Shown: positions 62,108 through 64,000 of the stretch, in pieces
How positions within the stretch are numbered: the stretch's first letter is position 1
How the letters are laid out: each line of letters opens with the position of its first letter
Assembly: GCA_963827475.1 (NCBI GenBank)
Contig: CAWHAZ010000003.1
Span: forward strand, 32,001-96,000
DNA: 64,000 nt
Direction: 5' to 3'
Source: an uncultured Chloroflexia bacterium
Lineage (GTDB): Bacteria > Chloroflexota > Limnocylindria > QHBO01
The notes under the pieces: model-generated
What the model saw: only the letters and a program-made list of their open reading frames with translations
Told to the model about the DNA's origin: nothing
The model's database searches: none
Made by a program: the position numbers and the translations under genes

Positions 62108-62733
62108 GTCACCGGCACCTCGGCTCCCTCGACTACGCCCCGCGGCGGGCGCAGATAGACCGGCTCGAGGGCCGACAGGTCATCCGCCGTTCCCGCTGCG
62201 AACCGAGGCGCCGCGAGACGGGCGACGGCAACTGCTGCGCCGTCCGGCGGGATCGCGTGGCTGAGGCCGAGCGTGTCGGCCAGCTCCCGGGGGGCGACCA
62301 GGCGGGAGGCGCGGCCGTCGGCCGAGATGGCGTCGAACGCGACGAGGCGCGGATCTGGTTCGTCGCGCGAGCGAGCCCACCCCTCCGCAGCCCCGGCGCG
62401 GACCAGCGCAGCGACGGCCTCGGGCACGCTGTCCAACCACGCCTCCAGGCTGGGGATCCCGACGATCGGCACGGCGAGGCCCCATGCCAGGCCTTTGGCC
62501 AGGGCCAGACCGACGCGCAGCCCGGTGAACGAGCCGGGACCGAGGCCCACCGCCACGCCCTGGACGTCGGCCAGGGTCGCGCCCCGGTCGTCGAGCAGGC
62601 CGAGGATGCGGGGCAGCAGCTCGCTGCCCTGGCCCCGAGTCGTGCTCCAGGCCGCATCCGCGAGCGGGGCCCCGGTGAAATCCGCCAGGGCGACCGACTG
62701 GTCGGGCGAGGCGCTGTCGAGGGCGATGATCAC
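62098..62733 (-). CDS. tsaB: t6A biosynthesis protein TsaB
   Basis: IALDSA, GPGSFTGLRVG, EPVYLR. Confidence 0.9.
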   Translation of the reverse strand: MIIALDSASPDQSVALADFTGAPLADAAWSTTRGQGSELLPRILGLLDDRGATLADVQGVAVGLGPGSFTGLRVGLALAKGLAWGLAVPIVGIPSLEAWLDSVPEAVAALVRAGAAEGWARSRDEPDPRLVAFDAISADGRASRLVAPRELADTLGLSHAIPPDGAAVAVARLAAPRFAAGTADDLSALEPVYLRPPRGVVEGAEVPVTWL

Positions 62734-63233
62734 GCTGCTGTGCCGTCCTCGAGGGCGCGGGCCAACGCCACGTGCGGATCACCGACGGCCTGCCAGCGGA
62801 TCAGACGATGCTCCGGTTCATCGTCGACGAGCTCGAGCTCGATGCGCAGAACGTCGGCCGCCAGCCAGCCCTCGAGGCGATCGGCCCACTCGATGACGGT
62901 CACCCCCTCCGCCTGCCGTTCATCGAAGACGCCGGCCTGGCGGGCCTCATCGGCATCGGTCAGACGATAGGCGTCGACATGGAACAGGGGCAGGCGGCCG
63001 GCGTGCTCGTTGACGATGATGAAGGTCGGGCTGTTGACCACGCTCCGCACGCCGAGCCCCTCGGCCACGCCCTTCGCCAGCTGGGTCTTGCCCGCGCCGA
63101 GCGGTCCGACGAGCGCGAGCCGTGTCCCCGGCAGCGCGGCACGGCCGAGCCGTCGGCCGACCCGCCGGGTTGCCGCCGCCGAGCCGGACACCAGCTGGCC
63201 ACTTGTTGCGGTGTGGTTCACGCTCGCCGTCAC
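62730..63233 (-). CDS. tsaE: t6A biosynthesis ATPase TsaE
   Basis: GPLGAGKT, VNSPTF, HVDAYRL, IEWA. Confidence 0.92.
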   Translation of the reverse strand: MTASVNHTATSGQLVSGSAAATRRVGRRLGRAALPGTRLALVGPLGAGKTQLAKGVAEGLGVRSVVNSPTFIIVNEHAGRLPLFHVDAYRLTDADEARQAGVFDERQAEGVTVIEWADRLEGWLAADVLRIELELVDDEPEHRLIRWQAVGDPHVALARALEDGTAA

Positions 63234-63247
63234 GCGCCGCGAGTATC

Positions 63248-64000
63248 TCAGGACGGCTGCGGGCTGGCCTCCAGGTTGGCGAGGGCGATCGCCACCGTGC
63301 GCCCCGTATCGAGCCGCACCAGGCCGCACAAGGCGCTGATCCCGGATCCGATGGCCATCGGCTGGCTCGGAACCTCGCGCAACATGCCGACCTGGCCGCG
63401 GCCCGGGCCGGTGACGACGACCACGCGATCCCCGACCGCGGCTCGAGACACCCGCTCTGGAGCCGGCGCCGCGTCGTAGACGAGCAGGCGGCGCTGGTCG
63501 CCGAGGATCGTGACCGACCGATCGGCATGGGCCTGGAGCCAGGCGAAGCGGGCGGGGTCCATCCCGGATCGACCGAATCCGTCGAGCGCAAGCACCGCGA
63601 ACGGCGGGGCGGCGGTGCCGAGCAGGCTCCGTCGATGCTGGAGACCGGCGAAGTCCGCCAGGTCGCGGGCGTGGAGCCCGCCAACCACGATGCCGGCCAC
63701 GCCGACCGCGCGCGCCCGGGTGATGGCCTCGGCCGACGCCCACGATCCGCCGACGATGACCCGACCCGCGGCGTCCGCGTCGATCACGGCCGGATCGAGC
63801 GGGGTCTCGGGGTGGCTGACCGCCATCATCAGCTGGCCGTGCACCGCGGGCCCGGTACCGCCCGCGCATGCCAGCTCGACGGCGGGCACGGCGATCGTGA
63901 TCGCGTCCGGGCCGACCTCCATGACCACGCCACGGACGTTGCTCGCGATCGGTTGGGGGTCACCGAGGGTGAGCAGCTGGGCGTTTCCCCGCGTCGGGTC
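63248..64000 (-). CDS. Conserved hypothetical protein (5' end outside window) with KOW-like C-terminus
   Basis: Frame open to the window edge; GRVIVGGS, GVAGIVVGG, DGFG, VGDRVVVVTGPGRG. Confidence 0.7.
   Translation of the reverse strand, partial: DPTRGNAQLLTLGDPQPIASNVRGVVMEVGPDAITIAVPAVELACAGGTGPAVHGQLMMAVSHPETPLDPAVIDADAAGRVIVGGSWASAEAITRARAVGVAGIVVGGLHARDLADFAGLQHRRSLLGTAAPPFAVLALDGFGRSGMDPARFAWLQAHADRSVTILGDQRRLLVYDAAPAPERVSRAAVGDRVVVVTGPGRGQVGMLREVPSQPMAIGSGISALCGLVRLDTGRTVAIALANLEASPQPS

Noticed and set aside
1-64000. Many long overlapping or antisense ORFs (for example 4530-7172+, 8991-11432+, 13371-15770+, 36086-38299-)
   Set aside because: Shadow ORFs expected in very GC-rich DNA; Arg/Pro/Gly-rich, without motifs, and opposite well-supported genes

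Overview
A very GC-rich bacterial chromosomal segment made mostly of core genes, mainly on the minus strand. A monoderm, probably Chloroflexota, is inferred from protein styles and gene order and has not been verified. From left to right it contains: a division/cell-wall (dcw) cluster (ddl fragment, murB, murG, ftsW, murD, mraY, murF, ftsI, ftsL, a small ORF, rsmH, mraZ) with no murC or murE; two Cys-rich hypothetical genes; an unusually reduced RNase P RNA; rnhA; a TCA/methylmalonyl-CoA supercluster (sdhBADC, icd, sucCD, mce, mutase large subunit, propionyl-CoA carboxylase subunits); tRNA-Ile2; and a parAB pair preceded by DnaA boxes. These are followed by an accessory block (proline dehydrogenase, ASPIC/UnbV protein, CorA, MFS, AraC-DUF1801-VOC-UvrA2), tRNA-Asn, rpoD and dnaG, a degenerate ECF-sigma/zinc anti-sigma-FN3 pair, a DmdA-like demethylase, ppdK, glyQS, recO, a prenyl synthase, a CNNM protein, glmU, ridA, ispE, rsmA and tsaD-rimI-tsaB-tsaE. 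Several genes carry frameshifts, including the essential glyQS, tsaD and ispE; these are most simply explained as sequencing/assembly indels. The best candidate for an undescribed system is the pseudo-sigma/ZAS-FN3 module, which is divergent from dnaG-rpoD across an array of TTGACA repeats with a 12-bp period. I saw no CRISPR array, integrase or transposase.
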